A stretch of 64,000 nt of DNA from the NCBI GenBank assembly GCA_010909165.1, contig VJWM01000063.1:1736001-1800000 (forward strand). The letters are read 5' to 3'. Shown here piece by piece: positions 60,213 to 64,000 of the stretch (position 1 is its first letter; each line of letters starts with the position of its first letter). The stretch comes from Anthoceros angustus (Eukaryota > Plantae > Anthocerotophyta). The position numbers were made by a program, and so were the translations under genes. Under the pieces are notes generated by a model. The model was not told the origin of the DNA and searched no databases. It saw nothing but the letters and a program-made list of their open reading frames with translations.

Positions 60213-60300
60213 GTCTTGCACTTGGGAAACCAGCGCAGTTCAAGGTCTCGCACTCGGGAAATCAGCGCAGTTCAAGTCTCGCACTTGGGAAACCAGCGTG
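60213..60300. repeat. ~32-bp tandem repeat x3 upstream of the second phytolongin
   Basis: GTCT(T/C)GCACT(T/C)GGGAAA(C/T)CAGCGCAGTTCAA(G) x3. Confidence 0.8.
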
Positions 60301-60810
60301 GTCGCGGCAACGTGCGTCGAGTAGTTCAGCGCGCGTAGATCTCCAGCAAAGCCCGAGGCGGCGCGTGCAATGCCCCCTGTTCCACCTCCAGCTGATCCGG
60401 CGATGGCGGGAGACCGAGGCCGCCCGGGTCAGAAACATCGGGTTTCGTAGCACCTGTCTTTCGCTCCTTCCCGGCTTCACAACCTCGCGGCTTATGAGAG
60501 CGGAAAGCCAGTGGGTGGACGTCGGCTACAAAATCGATCTACCCCGGGCCCTGGAGAGAGGAGGCGGGACGAAACGGCACGGGCAACGGAAACGGGAACG
60601 GGAACGGAATCGGAAGCAGCATGGAACTGGGACGGCAGTGCCGGATGGCTGCCACTCGGATACACGCCAATCGCCATGCTCTACCACATGGGCTCGAAAC
60701 GGCTCTCTACTGTACACATGTGCAGCTTCTGCGATTCTTGCCACAGCGTACGTTTAAAGCCTTTCCTCATGCTGGTTTTGTGGGTAGAGGGAAGACGTGC
60801 TTGACCTACT

Positions 60811-62244
60811 TCATCTTTGGGTTGAGAGGATTACATCACGCGAAGGAAGGGGATTGGGTTCTGCGGGTCACTACTTTCAGAACCTCGTCCAGATTTGGGT
60901 GGTCGCCCACATACTCTTCTTTCCTCGAGTAGATCACGTCCTGCCCCTTGAAGACGTAGAGGCCACCCTGGGTGTAGCAGAACGGACAACATCACTGTTT
61001 AGGGGGAAGCATAAGGATGGATGGTTGTGTGATTTTGTGCATGTTGGAGAGAAGGTTTCGGAGGGCCCTACCTGCTGCAACACTCCAGACTGGTCATCTG
61101 GTGTTGATAGCTCGTACCCGCCCGTCAGCACGTTCTTGAGCTCGTTGAGCCTGCCAAACACATTGAGCTGCATGGATGGAAGATGATCAGGATGTGGACT
61201 GTGTTGTAGGTATGCCAAATGCGATGTGAGTGAGTGTCTGTCTTGGGTTTCTCACCGCCCCGGGGTTGAAGAATGTGGACTGGACGCCGAAGTTCAGCTG
61301 AAGAGCATCATATGCCTGCAATTCCACCGGGCTGGGATGAAGTCCGAATCCTGGGCATTCCTACATGGTGCCAGATTTTCAGGAAAAGAATTTCAGAGTA
61401 CCTTTCTCTCATCGTCGCAGAAGAGGTTGTCAATTGGGAAGTTCAACTGCGTGGCCGAGAACAAGGGTTAGACTACTTGCAGCTAGACCTGACATGAAGC
61501 AAGACAGCTGAGGGGACTAGGAAGTGAAACCAGGGCCCTTGTGTACCTTCTCAACCAGCAGACGTGCTTTGTCTGGCTTCCCAACCCCGATCGTGATGAG
61601 CTTGATACCCGAGGCATCAAATCTAGGTTTGTAATCTCGAAGCTTGCCAGCGAATTCCCAGCTGCAGCAACAGCAACAGAGAGATGAGATAGGGCCCCCT
61701 GATGTCGTCCAGACCCACGATCATTGCACCGAAAGACCTAATGGGAAAAGGAAAGCTGTGGTCACCAGAAAGGACACCCAAAATGCCTCAGGAACGCCAC
61801 CATCGCCAGCCCCTGCACGAAACAGGCCAAATTCAACTCAGATTCAGCTGCGCAAACAGGCACATGCACACTTTTGCGGAATGAAAAGGATGGCGGAAGC
61901 AATCCTACATCTTTCTGGTCCCACAGCTCCTGGAATTGCACTGGCTCCCCGTCAGCCGCTTTGTAAATTGTGATGGGGCCCAGAGTGCTGGCGGAGCCCC
62001 GGGAGCCAGACGAAGCCTGTGCTCGAGCAGCAGGAGCAAACCGCGCTCTTGCATTGAAGGTGGAATTTGTGGTGGGCGCAGGAGACGAGGACCACAATTC
62101 TCTGAAATGGCGAGGGCTTGTGAAAGCTGCTACTCGGGAAGTAGGAGCAAGAAGAGGAGCAGAGTGATCATGTTTGCCAGCCGGATGTGCTGCACCGCTG
62201 CCCAGCTGTGCTAGCCCGGTACTTGAGGTGAGTAACGCCTCCAT
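60811..62244 (-). CDS. Plastid-targeted AhpC/TSA-2 (AAED1/PRXL2-like) thioredoxin-fold protein
   Basis: Ser/Ala-rich transit-like N-terminus, then FQELWDQKD|GLAMVAFLRHFGCPFC|WEFAGKLRDYKPRFDASGIKLITIGVG and GVLQQ|GGLYVFKGQDVIYSRKEEYVGDHPNLDEVL. GT-AG introns. Confidence 0.88.
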
Positions 62245-62620
62245 TGCAGACTGCAGACCTGTGAAAGCTATGACATAGGTTGACAAAGTTGAACACGTAT
62301 GGTGTGTGATCCCTGTACAGAGCTGCAGACGAAGTGTAGGCAGCAAAGGTGACTTGTCCTCTATATTCGTGCTGCAGGGCCATTGGCCACGACAATTCTG
62401 TTACATTGGATGCCTGGTGAAAAATGCAGCCACGTAGCCGGCTGGCTGCTCAACTCAACGCTGAAACACCTGTGCAGAATTGATAGACGGACTCTCCTTA
62501 CGCGTGTCTGATTCAACGTGTTGAGCTGCTGAAGTCACGGGGGGCCGCTGTTTGACGCCTCACCATCCCCAAGGTTTCTACAGTCTGACCCTTCAATCGA
62601 ATCCGACGGCTATGGCCTCA

Positions 62621-64000
62621 TCAGAAATGTTGGAAAGTATCAAGCTTGCTAATTGCTGGATAGCCAACCATCCAGTACGCTTTGCCTTTTGAGCCGCTTT
62701 CTCTGAGCTTTGGGACACCTCCAACCGTCTTCACTTCGTAGCACTTGTTGCACATGATCCTCTCTTCCTCTAACTGCAGTACCGCAGTACACTTTTGCTC
62801 TTTGCACACACGCAACATTTGGTATGGATGGATTCTGCCGTGAATGGAAGTCTCGTAACCCTAGAGAAGCAAAACCGGCATCTCCTTTTGCTGTGTCTTG
62901 TGTTTCTTCCTCCTCCTTATCTTCTGCTTCTGCTTCTGCTGCTTCTTGTTCTTCCAGAACGTCATGTTTCCTAAGCCGTTTCTCCTCTGATAGCCTCGGC
63001 TCCGCGAAGCATAACTGCACACTCTTGACAGGTTCATGGCGACCTGTGACACAGACACCACTGTCAAATCACAACTCATCTCCACAAGTCCGAGCAGCAG
63101 CTAGACATACAAAGCTCTATCACCCTAGCTGAAGAAACTGCGCCTGCCGGACCCTGATGTTCCTGAACTGGACCTGGCGAAGGCCCTGCAACAGCATCGC
63201 TCTTTGGAGTAGGCCAACACAAGAAGCTTCGAAGGCCAGTGGCACCAACACGAGGAGGAGCATGCTCCAAGTTCCATAACAGAGTACCGAAACAATGAGA
63301 GAACATACATCTTACATGCGACACAATGCGATCCGGTGGTGAGTCGGCGGCGCATTCAGCTCTCGAAAGCGAGTCATCCGAATGCTTCCCCGCCGACAGC
63401 ACGTCAATGTTGAAGAGATCGCATGCTTCTTCACTCCAATTCGACTCTGAAGGCAACACAACTCCACATCAGGACATCAGGGACGTTGCACGGCTTGCCT
63501 TCCCAGCCAGTGGTACAGCAATGCCCCAACCTGCGGTGTTGAGAGGCACAGAAGGAAGTTCCTCCGAATCTGAATGGTAGAATCTATGATCCAAGCTTTC
63601 GGAGCAAGGCTCTCCAGGCCAGAGATCATTAGACAATCTGTTGCTCATCTCCACACCTGTCTCATCGGTGCAAAATGAGCATCAAATATTCCTCAGAATT
63701 TGAAGTAGGTAGCTAATCAACTGCATCAATTCTTAAACTCTGAAGCTAATTGCAAAGAACACATCATCACATCGTGAAACTCAGCACAGACGTGCTGATG
63801 GTGATCGAGCCTTCCATCGGCGAGCAATGGCCACTCACTACTATCGTAACCAACAAAGATGATGGAACTGTCACCTTGAAAGGTCCATCAACTTCCAAGT
63901 CGCCCTTCACAATATTCAGGTTGTGATTGATAGAACAACTATCTGGTAGCTGGGCTGAGCTGATCTTCTCTCAGAATCAGCAGTGCCTCCGAAAACGAGC
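62621..64000 (-). CDS. 3' part of an unidentified multi-exon gene (acidic stretch, Cys-rich C-terminus)
   Basis: Segments LEEQEAAEAEAEDKEEEE and VCKEQKC..IMCNKCYEVK, plus upstream exon-like ORFs. No family was recognised and the gene probably extends beyond the window. Confidence 0.35.

Noticed and set aside
59228-60757. 509-aa plus-strand ORF
   Set aside because: Antisense shadow of the GC-rich phytolongin CDS and its upstream region.

Overview
Eukaryotic, land-plant nuclear DNA; the short GT-AG introns, DUO1 and phytolongins suggest a compact non-seed plant such as a lycophyte (inference). The left 34.6 kb is almost all transposon DNA. A decayed Ty1/copia fragment (~1.3-2.8 kb) is followed by two members of one very large DNA-transposon family. 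Copy A runs from ~4.0 kb to 14875 and lacks its left end. Copy B (15065-34647, 19.6 kb) is bounded by TATGGCATACCAAAG... terminal inverted repeats, has GATCCG in both flanks, and appears inserted in the last codons of a dirigent gene. Both copies carry decayed genes in the same order: an IS3EU-like DDE transposase, a Crypton/DUF3504-like tyrosine recombinase, a head-to-head ~290-bp repeat array, an RPA70-like OB-fold gene and a GC-rich hairpin minisatellite. The recombinase has a shared intron in both copies; in copy B the transposase also has introns and there are Ulp1-like remnants. The right 29 kb holds host genes: a dirigent pseudogene, DUO1-type R2R3-MYB, a coiled-coil gene, an RGLG copine-RING E3 ligase, tRNA-Thr(UGU), two convergent phytolongins and an AAED1/PRXL2-like redoxin. 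It also holds a Penelope-like RT interrupted by a CRE-clade non-LTR element with a 12-bp TSD. Transposon domain calls come from motifs recognised by eye across frameshifts and need profile searches. Many long ORFs in the supplied track are artefacts of GC-rich repeats.
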